A DNA stretch of 63,501 nt, filler included, from Octopus bimaculoides (taxonomy: Eukaryota), in the NCBI RefSeq assembly GCF_001194135.2. It is 4 parts of 4 records of this genome, joined end to end, with 100 filler letters (N's around TTAATTAATTAA, not from the genome) between each part and the next. Parts side by side here need not be neighbours in the genome. Positions count along the whole stretch, not along the records: positions 1 to 23,372 come from NC_069007.1; positions 23,473 to 31,745 come from NC_068999.1; 2 more parts are not named here. One strand, given 5' to 3'. Positions 11,209-23,716 of the stretch are shown here, one piece after another; the first letter of the stretch is position 1; the number at the start of each line of letters is the position of its first letter. Position numbers and translations under genes: made by a program. Below the pieces are notes generated by a model, which was not told where the DNA came from, made no database searches, and saw only the letters and a program-made list of their open reading frames with translations.

Positions 11209-12413
11209 NNNNNNNNNNNNNNNNNNNNNNNNNNNNNNNNNNNNNNNNNNNNNNNNNNNNNNNNNNNNNNNNNNNNNNNNNNNNNNNNNNNNNNNNNNNN
11301 NNNNNNNNNNNNNNNNNNNNNNNNNNNNNNNNNNNNNNNNNNNNNNNNNNNNNNNNNNNNNNNNNNNNNNNNNNNNNNNNNNNNNNNNNNNNNNNNNNNN
11401 NNNNNNNNNNNNNNNNNNNNNNNNNNNNNNNNNNNNNNNNNNNNNNNNNNNNNNNNNNNNNNNNNNNNNNNNNNNNNNNNNNNNNNNNNNNNNNNNNNNN
11501 NNNNNNNNNNNNNNNNNNNNNNNNNNNNNNNNNNNNNNNNNNNNNNNNNNNNNNNNNNNNNNNNNNNNNNNNNNNNNNNNNNNNNNNNNNNNNNNNNNNN
11601 NNNNNNNNNNNNNNNNNNNNNNNNNNNNNNNNNNNNNNNNNNNNNNNNNNNNNNNNNNNNNNNNNNNNNNNNNNNNNNNNNNNNNNNNNNNNNNNNNNNN
11701 NNNNNNNNNNNNNNNNNNNNNNNNNNNNNNNNNNNNNNNNNNNNNNNNNNNNNNNNNNNNNNNNNNNNNNNNNNNNNNNNNNNNNNNNNNNNNNNNNNNN
11801 NNNNNNNNNNNNNNNNNNNNNNNNNNNNNNNNNNNNNNNNNNNNNNNNNNNNNNNNNNNNNNNNNNNNNNNNNNNNNNNNNNNNNNNNNNNNNNNNNNNN
11901 NNNNNNNNNNNNNNNNNNNNNNNNNNNNNNNNNNNNNNNNNNNNNNNNNNNNNNNNNNNNNNNNNNNNNNNNNNNNNNNNNNNNNNNNNNNNNNNNNNNN
12001 NNNNNNNNNNNNNNNNNNNNNNNNNNNNNNNNNNNNNNNNNNNNNNNNNNNNNNNNNNNNNNNNNNNNNNNNNNNNNNNNNNNNNNNNNNNNNNNNNNNN
12101 NNNNNNNNNNNNNNNNNNNNNNNNNNNNNNNNNNNNNNNNNNNNNTCTACATGTGTATATACATGCATATCAGGGTACAGGACGTTAGAACAATAAACTA
12201 CAGACAACGGAACGAACACATAGGAAAACGGAAAGCCACTTGGAATATCCCTTCATCAGCTGTCTCTATTCTATCTATATAATAATTTTCCAGAGGATGT
12301 AGCAACCGTTACCAATATAGCATAAGAACTTAACATAGAGTGGTGAATAAATCGATATATCGAGTTTGAAGTCTCTGTCTCTTTTGAATATAAAAATTTA
12401 AAAGTTAAAAACC

Positions 12414-12445
<32 letters not shown>

Positions 12446-13301
12446 CAAGTCTTTTAATATCCATCTTGGCATAGGCTGAATGCTTCTTTTGTGGCACCAA
12501 CGCCACTGGAACTACTATGTAGCCTGAAAGACAAATATGTCCTTTGAGTGAGTGGGACTGCAGTTGAGAGTGAGACAGTTTTATACTGGGAGATAAGAGC
12601 TTAAAGTATGAAAGCAATGGCCAGGTCTCTTGCTGTAGAGAAGCCACATGGCTACTCACATTATGAAAGATAGGGGAGTAGTAGATAAGTTGGAACTAGA
12701 AAGAGAAATAAAACAGAGGTTGCAAGAGTGTATGAGGAGAGTGAGAAATGATAAGAGATGTAGAAAGGGTGTGGGGATGAGATGGAAAATACGAGTATGA
12801 GTTTTGAGGGATGGTAGATATATGTTAGAGGGAAGGTAGCTACATAACCCATTTGTTACCATATTTCTGTTTAAGTACACCAACTCTGTTTCAATTAATT
12901 TTAAAAATAATGAAGAATTTAGTAAAATAATTTTGTTATTATTAAGTTGGTGTTTGGAACATGAATTAACATGAAATATTGGTTTCAAATTTGGAACAAG
13001 GCCAGAAATTTTGGAAGTTGGGGTCAGTCAATTATATTGACCCCAGTGCTCAACTGGTACTTATTTTATTGATCCTGAAAGTTGACTTTAGCTGAACTTG
13101 AACTCAGAATGCTACTAAGTATTTTGTCCAGCATGCTAATGATTCTGCCAGCTCGCTGCCGTTTTAACATGAAATATCAATGAAAAGTTTTAATTTAGAT
13201 GACTTTATAAAACAGGAAGTTAATATCATAGAATCATGGGAAGACTTAAGGGATATTACATAACTGCTTCAGTCTCTAATTACTTGCTAGTTTACTCAGA
13301 T

Positions 13302-13489
13302 ATCATGAAGTATATTTGCCACTTAAATGTGGCTAACCCTTAAGGGTTGATGGTACTGTAGAAAGTGTGTCAATAGCCAGCTGGAGGAGGTGTCCTGGGG
13401 CTACAAGCTACAGTATTATCCACCCTTAAGGGTTACCCACATTTAAGTGGCAAATATACTTCACGATGTTGTGCAGCTACTGTTTATAC
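13302..13489. mobile_element. Shorter copy of the same MITE
   Basis: Same TIRs and shared core TAGCCAGCTGGAG...CCTGGGGCTA. Confidence 0.85.
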
Positions 13490-13552
13490 CTCGCTCAGAG
13501 ATTTATTATTACTTTTTTACTAAGATACTTAAATTGATTAAATAAATATTTT

Positions 13553-13900
13553 TTACTTGTTTCAGTCATTAGACAGCAGCCATGCAGGGACACCACCTTG
13601 AATGGTTTTAATCAAGCGAATCGATGATTTAAGTACTTTTCATTTTAAAGTTCTCTTAGTCATTTATGCTAAACTGCCAGGTTATGGGGATGTAAACAAA
13701 ACCAATGAGTTGTCCGTGGAGAGGAGGAAGACAAATACAAACACACACAGACATATGTACATATATATGACAGGCTTCTTTCAGTTTCCATCTACCAAAT
13801 CCATTCGTAAGTCATTGGTCAACCAGGAACTATAGTAAAAGTGACTAACCAAAAGTGCCATAGAGTGGGACTAAGCTTAGAACCATGTGACTGAGAGGCA
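13553..13900 (-). mobile_element. SINE family B, diverged
   Basis: Same tail and body as 9091-9436. Confidence 0.8.
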
Positions 13901-14000
13901 AAAATTCAAAAGTGTAAAAAGATATACATGATTAAAGAAAAAAAGATATACATAAAAAAATACATACATTCACATATATATATATACACACACACATATG

Positions 14001-14059
<59 letters not shown>

Positions 14060-15279
14060 GTATGTATGTATGTATATATATATAAAATTAATAGTTATCG
14101 CCAAGCCAACATGGCAGTCCCAAAATTAGGACGAAAGCTGCCGTGAATTAGCTCCAAGAAGCCATCGCCTCTAGCTAGCTATGTGACACATGAAACCTGT
14201 GTCCTTTATAACCTTCGAACAGGGAAGGTCAGCAGTTTCCCTCTTGCTGGTTTGGCATCTGCAGACTAGTTTCAGGGTGTTGCCCCTTGNNNNNNNNNNN
14301 NNNNNNNNNNNNNNNNNNNNNNNNNNNNNNNNNNNNNNNNNNNNNNNNNNNNNNNNNNNNNNNNNNNNNNNNNNNNNNNNNNNNNNNNNTATATATATAT
14401 GTATGTATATATATATATGTATGTATATACATATATATACACACACACACACACAGAGGGGGAAAATAGATGTGTGCCGAACATTATATAAGTTAAATTG
14501 GAAAGTTAAATAAATGTGTTATGTCTACACAGTACCATGTTTACAGTGTTTGTTTAAAAGTCTGTATTAAGTAAAATAAACAGATATACCGTAAAAAAAA
14601 AGATATATATGTCCCTGGGTGAATATAATGATCATGTATGAAGTGAAACTTTTAAAGCAGTGTGGGGGAGAGAAAGAGTAATTTCGTATTGTTTAATTAA
14701 AAATCAGAAAAAAAAATTGATTTTATAAAAGTAAGAAAAAGTACATTAATTACATTCTAATTAGCTCTGAATTGCTTTACAAATCAGACGTGATTTAATT
14801 CTCTGGCATCCAAGCCAGCAGCTATTTATTCCTGGGTGCTCTAGATTATCAACCTTCAGCTTGTCACATGGCTATGCTTTTAATCTCTCACCTAACTCCA
14901 TCACTGAACCAAGTAGCTACCCCTTCACGTTTCTGCCAAATTCAGACACTTGTGAGGGAGAGGCACCACTTCGTAGGGCACTCAAGCCCTTTGCTTGTCA
15001 TTTGTCAGGACTCATTTTTCTATCCTTTCATTTTTTTTTTTTAGTTTGTAGCAGATGGTCTTCTTTGAATTCAAATCGGGAATGTTTAAGTTTGAAAATT
15101 CAAAACTTCTGGCAAAAATATCACTTATTCAGTAATGCTGACCAAAATTAAATTTAGCTGTTTCCCTGAACTGTATTATAATGCCTATTGGCATTTTTCT
15201 AGCCAATTATTCCTTAATATCAGATTTTGGTAGGTATTAACAGACAAAAAGCTTATTAGCTGTTGTTATTATTAGTATT

Positions 15280-15659
15280 GTGGAGGCGCAATGGCCCAGT
15301 GGTTAGGGCAGTGGACTCGTGGTCATAGGATCGCGGTTTCGATTCCCAGACCAGGCGTTGTGAGTGTTTATTGAGCGAAAACACCTAAAACCTCCACGAG
15401 GCTCCGGCAGGGGATGGTGGCGAACCCTGCTGTACTCTTTCACCACAACTTTCTCTCACTCTTTCTTCCTGTTTCTGTTGTGCCTGTAATTCAAAGGGTC
15501 AGCCTTGTCACACTCTGTGTCACACTGAATATCCCCGAGAACTACGTTAAGGGTACACGTGTCTGTGGAGTGCTCAGCCATTTGCATGTTCGTTTCATGA
15601 GCAGGCTGTTCCGTTGATCTGATCAACTGGAACCCTCGACGGAGTGCCAACAGCAACAA
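15280..15659 (+). mobile_element. SINE family A, full length, with probable 10-bp TSD
   Basis: A and B boxes present; TATTAGTATT at 15270-15279 and 15662-15671. Confidence 0.9.
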
Positions 15660-16499
15660 TATATTAGTATTATTAAGGCCTTGAGCTGGCAGAATTGTTA
15701 GCATACTGGGCAAAATGATCCATGGTATTTCCTCTGGTTTTAAATTCTGAGTCCAAATACCACTGAGATTAACTTTACCTTTCAGGGTTGATTAAAATAA
15801 TACCAGTTGAATACTGGATTTGATGTAATTGACTACCCATCCCTGTAGCTTGAAAAAGTTTTCTTAGCGGTCCAGATCGCTGTAAGACATTGTAGTACAA
15901 ATGGATTAGAATGAGCCATAAATTTAAACTCAAGAAGTTTTCTTTCAACAAATGATCAAACTGCTAATTTAGTGTCTTTGGTTTATGACACCTATTGATT
16001 GTACCTGTCATTGAATCAGAGGAAAAATTATAGTCTTTTCCAGTTGTTTTAATCTATTTGAAAACCTATTAATTTAATTTTCACAATAAGTGGGTGAATA
16101 TATTAACATCTTTTGTTATTTATTTGTTGTACAATTGATTGGAAATGTGAGTAATGATACGGTTAATTTTGATAACATGTAGCTGCATGACTTTTGAAAT
16201 CAATGGCTGAGAGTTAATCACAACAAAGTAAACATTTATCATATTTGAAAGTCAGGTGACACTCATCACATATCTTTTTATCTTTTACTTGTTTCAATTA
16301 CTTGACCATGGCCATGCTGGTGCACCACCTTGGAGAATTTTTTAGTCAAGTGAATCAACCCTGGGACTTATTTTTTAAAGCCTAGTACTTTTTCTATCAT
16401 TCCCTTTTGCTGAACTGCTAGGTTATGGAGATGTAAATATACCAACACCAGTTGTCAAGCTATTGTGGGGGGACTAAACACAGACACAAAGACACACAT

Positions 16500-16800
16500 G
16501 CAGGTAGGAGTGAAAAGAGGAAGTAGGTGCCAGAGCAAGAGAGGAGAGATGGGTGAGAGGAAGTAGGTGTGAAAGGAAGAGAGGAGAGAGGAGGAGGGTT
16601 AGATGAAGAGGGGAGGAGAATTGAGCCCATGTGATGCAAAGGAATGAAGAGAGAAGATTAATCCCAGCTCACAGCAAACACAGACAGGTGTTGTAAAGAG
16701 TGACCAGTAGAACGAAAATGGCGTGAGACCAAGGTGTTGTTGCCAAGTCTGATGTCTTGGAGGTGTTCTGTGAACTGGTCAGCCAAGCGGCATCCCATTT
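16500..16800 (-). mobile_element. Penelope-like GIY-YIG C-terminus and 3' tail, second partial copy
   Basis: QMGCRLADQFTEHLQDIRLGNNTLVSRHFRSTGHSLQHLSVF; homologous to 18975-19280. Confidence 0.85.
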
Positions 16801-17539
16801 GATATATATATATATATAAATATATATATATGTATATCATTCTTCTTTCTATCAGCCCCTTCACATTTACTTCGTTCATTCCACTCTTTGTTCTTTTGTT
16901 CCCCCTCTCTCACATTTCCTGGCCTTCTCTTCATGCTCACCTTCCCTCCTCTTTCACTTCACTCTGTCCCTTTCATTTTTTTCTCACCCTTCCTTATTTC
17001 TTTTATCCCTCTGCCTCTACCTCTCTCGCTCTCTCTTCTCTCCCCCACGTGACCGGTGTTCGGCCAAGCCTGACCTTTCTCTCTTGGTTCAACTATCATC
17101 CTTGCAACATCTATATTTCTCCCTGTGTCTGTCTAATTTTATGTCTCTGCCATAAGGCTTTACTTCCACACACGCCAGCTTAATTTAATTCGTCCTTAGT
17201 CAAAAGACACCCATTGTTAATGTCCCGTTATTTGTATTTGTAATTGTGTACTATTTCTCCGTTTTTTCTGTCCTTGTTTTCATATACATTCACTGCTTTC
17301 TTCTAAGGAATCTAATGCTCTTAGCTTAGTTTTTCCTTGGAGCTGGCCAGATTGGAGCAATCTCGAGTATAACCAGCCGAAATTGCAAAGATAATCTGGA
17401 ACTCGACCGAAGAAAGAAAACTCCGAATGACCCGTCCTTGTTTTCTTTATATCGTCTATCTGGAAGTTTTGTTGTCCCCTTTTTTGTATCACCTAACTGT
17501 CTGGATGTTTTGCGTTCTTGCCCCATTTTTGTATTTTTC

Positions 17540-17631
<92 letters not shown>

Positions 17632-18105
17632 CAATACACAGTCCTCTTTCAGTTTCCAACTACCAAATCCATTCACAAAGATTTGGTCAGCCCATGATTA
17701 TAAAAGACACTATTCCAAGGTACCATGCAGTGGGATTGAACCTGGAATCATGTAGTTGGGAAGCAAGCTTCTTACATCACAGCCTTCTCTCCATTTGCTA
17801 GTTAGGCTATTTCAGGTCTGTAAAGGATTTTAATTCTCTGATCCAGGGGAGATAACCTGTCTTCATTAACGTTTGTATATGTGAGCCATTAAATCTCGAT
17901 ATCTGAGTGTTTTCTATTGTCTCTGTAGTGGAAAGTTTAACTATTTTGTCTTTGTGTAGAGTCTGACAAGCTGTCCACAAGGCTGTGGATATGAAATCTT
18001 TGGTAACTCTAAGACTAGAATTTAACTTTTGATTTTAATAATGACTGCTCTATTCTTTAGAGTGTGTGTCTTTCCCGATATGTTTTATTGGCTATATAAA
18101 TGTAT

Positions 18106-18139
<34 letters not shown>

Positions 18140-20063
18140 TGAGAATTTACAAAAAAAAAACAAAAGACGAAGACAGGTGTATAAACAACAAACAGATGTA
18201 TTAGTTTAATGCTCAGGAAGTGAGAAAGTCTTTTATGTTTCAAGCCTATGCTCTTCGACAGAAAGGAACACAGAAAGAAACAGAGAGAGAAAAGAGAAAA
18301 AAGGTTTAGTGGTTAGCGATCTATCATGGCGAATGCTAGACAGAGGGGTCACAGAGCTAGGAAGAAGGGGAGATATTAAAGTAGTGGTGATCCCAAAATG
18401 AAGGTGTGCGTGCATGTGTATGTCTGAGTGTGTATGTGCGTGTGGAAGGGGACTGGTGACCTTGACGGTCACGTGTGTGCATGTGTACGTGTGTGGATGA
18501 TGGTGTAGGTGCTGGAAAGTGGTCAGTGCTAGTGTGTGCGCTGGTGTGGGTGCTGGGAAATGGTCAGTGCTAGTGTGTGCGGTGTGGTGTGATGTGGCGT
18601 GGTATAGTGGTNNNNNNNNNNNNNNNNNNNNNNNNNNNNNNNNNNNNNNNNNNNNNNNNNNNNNNNNNNNNNNNNNNNNNNNNNNNNNNNNNNNNNNNNN
18701 NNNNNNNNNNNNNNNNNNNNNNNNNNNNNNNNNNNNNNNNNNNNNNNNNNNNNNNNNNNNNNNNNNNNNNNNNNNNNNNNNNNNNNNNNNNNNNNNNNNN
18801 NNNNNNNNNNNNNNNNNNNNNNNNNNNNNNNNNNNNNNNNNNNNNNNNNNNNNNNNNNNNNNNNNNNNNNNNNNNNNNNNNNNNNNNNNNNNNNNNNNNN
18901 NNGGTGGGGTGGGATGGGATGTATAGGGATGGTGGGTTCGAATGTGATGGGGAGGGTGGAAGGGATAAGGTGGGTAGGAGTGAAAAGAGGAAGTAGTTGC
19001 CAGAGTAAGAGAGGAAAGATGGGAGGGAGGAAGTAGGTGTGAGAGGAAGAGAGGAGAGAGGAGGAGGGTTAGATGAAGAGGGGAGGAGAGTTGAGCCCAT
19101 GTGATGCAAAGGAGTGAAGAGAGAAGATTAATCCCTGCTCACAGCAAAGACGGCAGTCAGGATGGCTCCTGTGCAAGGACAGTCTGAACATAGACAGGTG
19201 TTGTAAAGAGTGACCAGTAGAGCGAAAATGGCGTGAGACCAGGGTGTTGTTGGCAAGTCTGATGTCTTGGAGGTGTTCTGCGAAGGAGAAAGCAGGAGAT
19301 GCAGTAGATGACATTGCTAGAAGTGCAGGTGAAGGAGTCAGTGATATGATAGGGTCAATGATGGGTGCCTGTGAGGAGGGTGGTGTAGGTGAGGTAAGAA
19401 AGAGCAGGTGCAGCAGCATGGGTGGGAGCTGAGAAACGACCCAGGTTGGGAGGTTGGGTTCGGGAAGAAGCTGTGAACCAGGAGGTCTCGTAGTTTGTGG
19501 GCTCGTTGGAAGGAGGGGGGGTTGGGTTAGGGAAGATGTGCGAAGTGGAGGGGTCGGACTGAAGTCACCAGAAGATTGAATGCTGACCGAAATGTCGAGA
19601 AAGGCAACTGAGGTGTCAGAAATAGTGCAGGAGAAGTGGAGGGCATGATGGAGAGAGTGGGACCAGTGAAACTTGAGAATATTTGGGCCTCAACGTAACC
19701 AACGAACAGGTTCACATAGTTGGGGCCCATTCTCATTCCCATGGCCATTCTCGAGATCTCCTGATAAAAATCACATGCAAACGAGAAGAAGCTGAGTGAG
19801 AGGACAAGTTCGGCCAGATGAAGGAGTGTGGATGTGTCAGATTGGGGGTTGGGTCGAAGGTCAAGGAAATATTGGAGTGCATGCAGTTCTTCGTGGTGAG
19901 GGATGACCATGTATAGACTCTTGATGTCAAGAGTGAAGAGAAGTTTAGAGGGGCCAGGAGGGAAGGAGAAAGAGTTGAACAAACGAAGAGCATGGTTGGT
20001 GTCATGGATGTGAGAGGGGAGGGAAGCTACTAGGGAAGCAAGGGCACAGTCAAGATATCTGGA
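18140..20063 (-). mobile_element. Penelope-like retroelement remnant: RT, Cys-rich linker, GIY-YIG, 3' tail
   Basis: RT motifs TLDIKSLYMVIPH and MAMGMRMGPNYVNLFVGYVE; linker LRDLLVHS...CCCTCSFL; FTCTSSNVIYCISC and FAEHLQDIRL; internal deletions. Confidence 0.9.
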
Positions 20064-20175
20064 NNNNNNNNNNNNNNNNNNNNNNNNNNNNNNNNNNNNN
20101 NNNNNNNNNNNNNNNNNNNNNNNNNNNNNNNNNNNNNNNNNNNNNNNNATGTGTATTTCGTGTGCAAGATTCTTG

Positions 20176-20202
<27 letters not shown>

Positions 20203-20206
<4 letters not shown>

Positions 20207-21104
20207 CATCCCATAAATAATGTAGTTTTTTATCAATTGCATGAACTAAAAGTCAGAAGGGGACGGGATGAACTACCTGCATCAACTTGCTCTAAAAGTA
20301 GGAAGTAATTTTACCTTGTCTTAGTGCAAGTTTTGTAGAATGCAGTTCGATTTTAACAGTTATTTTTCCAAAGCTATAATGGATGTGACAAAGGGGCATA
20401 TTCAACATGTTTTGCTTTGTGAGTTCAATAAATGCAACGATGTAATGGTAAATTGCAAGGAATATTAATGTAGTACATGGAGATAGGACAATAAGTGTAA
20501 GCTAGAAATTCCAAGCTGGAAACTACAGCCTAGAAGACAAGCCTCATCCTAGAAGATCTGTAGAGTTTGATGAGGATGCCTTGCAAACCCTGGTGGATCA
20601 AAATCCCATTGTAACTGTTGAGGAACTATCAGAGAAACTTGGATTTGGTCATTCAATCATTCATTCAAGTCAGAGCTAGAAGAAAAACGATCGTCTTTGT
20701 TTTCAAAATGAAAGGTGTTCTTCCATCAGAATAATGCTCGGCTACATACAGCAAAGATAACATTTCAAAGGCTTGAGTAGTTTGAATGGAAAACGATGCC
20801 TCACCCACTATATTTGCCAGATATTTGCCCCATCTGATCATCATTTATTCCACAGCCTTTAAAATAATTTGGATGGAAAAAATATGAATTCTGTAGACGA
20901 GGTCAGAACAGTACTGGAAGAGTATTTTCCATCATGGACAAGTGAATTTTGGAAGAGGGGCCTTGCAAGTTTACCAGATAGATGGAAGAGCATTGTAGAA
21001 AATGAAGGCGAGCATATTTTAGATTAAAAATGAACTTTGTTTATCTTAATTTTGAAAAATAAAAGAAGTATTAAAAAAGATAGCATTATTTAGGGATAAT
21101 CCAA
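20203..21104 (+). mobile_element. Mariner transposon, internally deleted, both TIRs, TA flanks
   Basis: TIRs (TA)GGGTCATCCCATAAATAATG and CATTATTTAGGGATAATCCAA(TA); SLEDKPHPRRSVEFDEDAL, HQNNARLH, HPLYLPD.APSD, LPDRWKSIVENEGEHILD*. Confidence 0.9.
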
Positions 21105-21274
21105 TATATTCTTATATAGTCATACAAACACACACATACACACACACATATACATACATGCATTCTTTCTTTCTTTTAGATGCCATATCCAGAATGTAAG
21201 ACATAAGATCATGTCCTGCCACGATTTTCTGTTCTTTGTTTTCTGTAACAGTTCAGCTTCCTGATGTTTAATGC

Positions 21275-21560
21275 CTCTTTCTTCCAATCACTTCATAAAG
21301 CTTATCTTCCATTATCCTCCTTCTCCTTTCTCTGCTTCTTTTCCATTCAGTCTTTCCAGTCATTGCTAAAACTCTCCAGGCCCTCTTTCTTCATCACATG
21401 ATCAAAAACTCTCAGCTGTTCAGCCCTTGTCTCATAGAGCAGTTTCCTATTTACTGCAGCCTGGGTCATCACTTCTTCATTAAATACTTTGTCTGTCCAT
21501 GCTATCCTCAATATTCTCCTTAAGAACACTATGGCATTGCTGTTCAGGATCAATCTCTTC
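21275..21560 (-). mobile_element. RTE-type LINE ORF2 C-terminal fragment
   Basis: FLRRILRIAWTDKVFNEEV...EQLRVFDHVMKKEGLE. Confidence 0.75.
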
Positions 21561-21599
21561 CAGTTAGGAATCACCAGAGTAATGTCTTGAAATATGAAA

Positions 21600-21935
21600 A
21601 CGGCTCATCATGGTGCTTATACAGAGATCACCCAGAGACAACCGACTACCTAATCTTTGGATGCTGCAGACTGGCACCAACAGAATACTTGCAAAGACAG
21701 AAGAGCTCAGTGCACACACAAGCCATCACAAGTTGCCCAGAATATCAAGGTTACCATCCTTTGGAATTTCAAAGTTCAGACTGATTGGGAAATACAAGCA
21801 AACTGATTTAATCTCATTGTGAAAAATCATATTGAAAAACCTTGTCTTCTGACTGACATTGCAACCCCCAGCAGAAAATAAAATACAGCGCTGAAAATGT
21901 TTGAAAAACCGAGCAAGAATAAGGATCTGGAGATA
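21600..21935 (+). mobile_element. R4/Dong-type LINE fragment (CCHC knuckle and restriction-like endonuclease), degraded
   Basis: WCLYRDHPETTDYLIFGCCRLAPTEYLQR, ILWNFKVQTD, KDLEI. Confidence 0.75.
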
Positions 21936-22112
21936 TTTCAATCTCCTCTCATCCTTTTATCGAAATAGCTCTTATTGAAACATCTCCAGGGATGAAAGCA
22001 AGAAAATACTGTGGAAATAAAAGAATCTTGAAATGGAAATAATCAAGATTTGCTATAAAATAATAGCAATCCATATGCGAGCCAATGATTTCATTTTTTA
22101 TGAGCACGAGCA

Positions 22113-22254
22113 CATATATGGCTGTGTGGTAAGGAATTTGTTTCCTTACCACATGGTTCCTGATTCAGTCCCACTGGGAGAATGTTTTCTACTATGGCCT
22201 CAGGCTTTGTGAGTGGATTTGGTAGATGGAAACTGAAAGGAAAGAAGCCCAGCA

Positions 22255-22294
<40 letters not shown>

Positions 22295-22465
22295 TCTCTC
22301 TCTTTGTGTCTGTGTTTGTCCCCCCACTGCCACTTGGCAGCTCAGCAAAATAGATTGATAGAATGAATACCAAGCTTAGAAAAAGGAGTACTGAGGTTGA
22401 TCCATTCAGCTAAAATTCTACAAGGCAGTGACACAATATGGCCATAGTCTAACAACTGAAACATG
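22113..22465 (+). mobile_element. SINE family B
   Basis: GGCTGTGTGGTAAGG...CCACATGGTTCC head through TGACTGAAAC-like tail. Confidence 0.75.
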
Positions 22466-23297
22466 AATCCAAAAAAAAAATTGCAACACTAGGTATTATT
22501 GCGAAGGTATGAAGTATGGTGGATCAGGAGTGTTTGGTTCATAATCATAAGGTTGTGAGTTCAGTTTCTGAACTAAGTAGTGTACTCTGGCAGACGAGAA
22601 GGAAGAGGAGTAACTACTCGTAATATTGATATCATTAATGAAAGCAATTTGTTACACAATCTAGAATGTTCTTTAATAACTCTGCCCATCAATTGATTTA
22701 AAATATTCTTCCATTTCAATGTTGCAATATTGCTAATGGCAGCCAGCTGTTGCCAGTGTTGGCATTATTGATTCTGCTATTTGCCATCTAATCAGACATT
22801 AGATGTGACAAATATCTTCTGCACTTTCTGCATACATACTAATGATTTGTGGTCACTCTTTAGGAAGAAGACAAGTAAAATATACAGCAATATTTTGAAT
22901 TTAAATTTTTTTTTCCAATAAATATCATGGAGTTTGCCTAGTCACATTTTATAGTATAAGTATTTCTATGCTGAATAAATTTGAATAAAACTGAAGAACA
23001 CAAAGTAACAAAATCAATTGAATCAATTATAATAAAGTAGAGGTCACTTGAATTGAAAGTGTTTTAGTGTGGACTGCAAGAAATGAGAATGTATCAAATG
23101 AGAGGAAAAGTTTTACTCTCAGAATTTTAATTTAAAGCAGTTGCCTTTTAGCATTTACCTGTGTCAGTCATTAGGCTGTGACTAAGCTTATTCTATTGGT
23201 CTCTTTTGCTGAACTGCTAGGTTATGGAGATGAAAACACACCACCAGCAGGTTTCAAGTGATGATAGGGGACAAACACATACACAAAAATATTTATC

Positions 23298-23332
<35 letters not shown>

Positions 23333-23372
23333 TACTCTTTTACTTGTTTCAGTCATTTGACTGCGGCCATAC

Positions 23373-23472
23373 NNNNNNNNNNNNNNNNNNNNNNNNNNNN
23401 NNNNNNNNNNNNNNNNTTAATTAATTAANNNNNNNNNNNNNNNNNNNNNNNNNNNNNNNNNNNNNNNNNNNN
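23373..23472. other. Artificial scaffold-join linker (44N + TTAATTAATTAA + 44N)
   Basis: Identical 100-bp construct at 23373-23472, 31746-31845 and 41941-42040. Confidence 0.95.
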
Positions 23473-23684
23473 AATGACTGAAACAAGTAAAAGATAAATG
23501 ATAAAACTATAAGAATATCAACAACAATGACAAAACTAACAAAATATAAATAGTATTAGTTGTAGTAATAATAATAATTATTATTATTTCTATCTTATAA
23601 TAATTCTGCTTGTCATTGCGTTACTTAGCCCGTCAGTAACGCATTCAGGTGATTTAAAGAAAAAGTGGGAGAAAGAAAAGAGAA

Positions 23685-23716
<32 letters not shown>

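Noticed and set aside
17340-17395. GCTGG...CCAGC-CGAAAT hammerhead-like stem
   Set aside because: Lacks both a recognisable CUGANGA core and the UH triplet
23417-23428. TTAATTAATTAA as a biological motif or piggyBac-type TTAA site
   Set aside because: Always centred in exactly 44+44 Ns, so it is a synthetic linker
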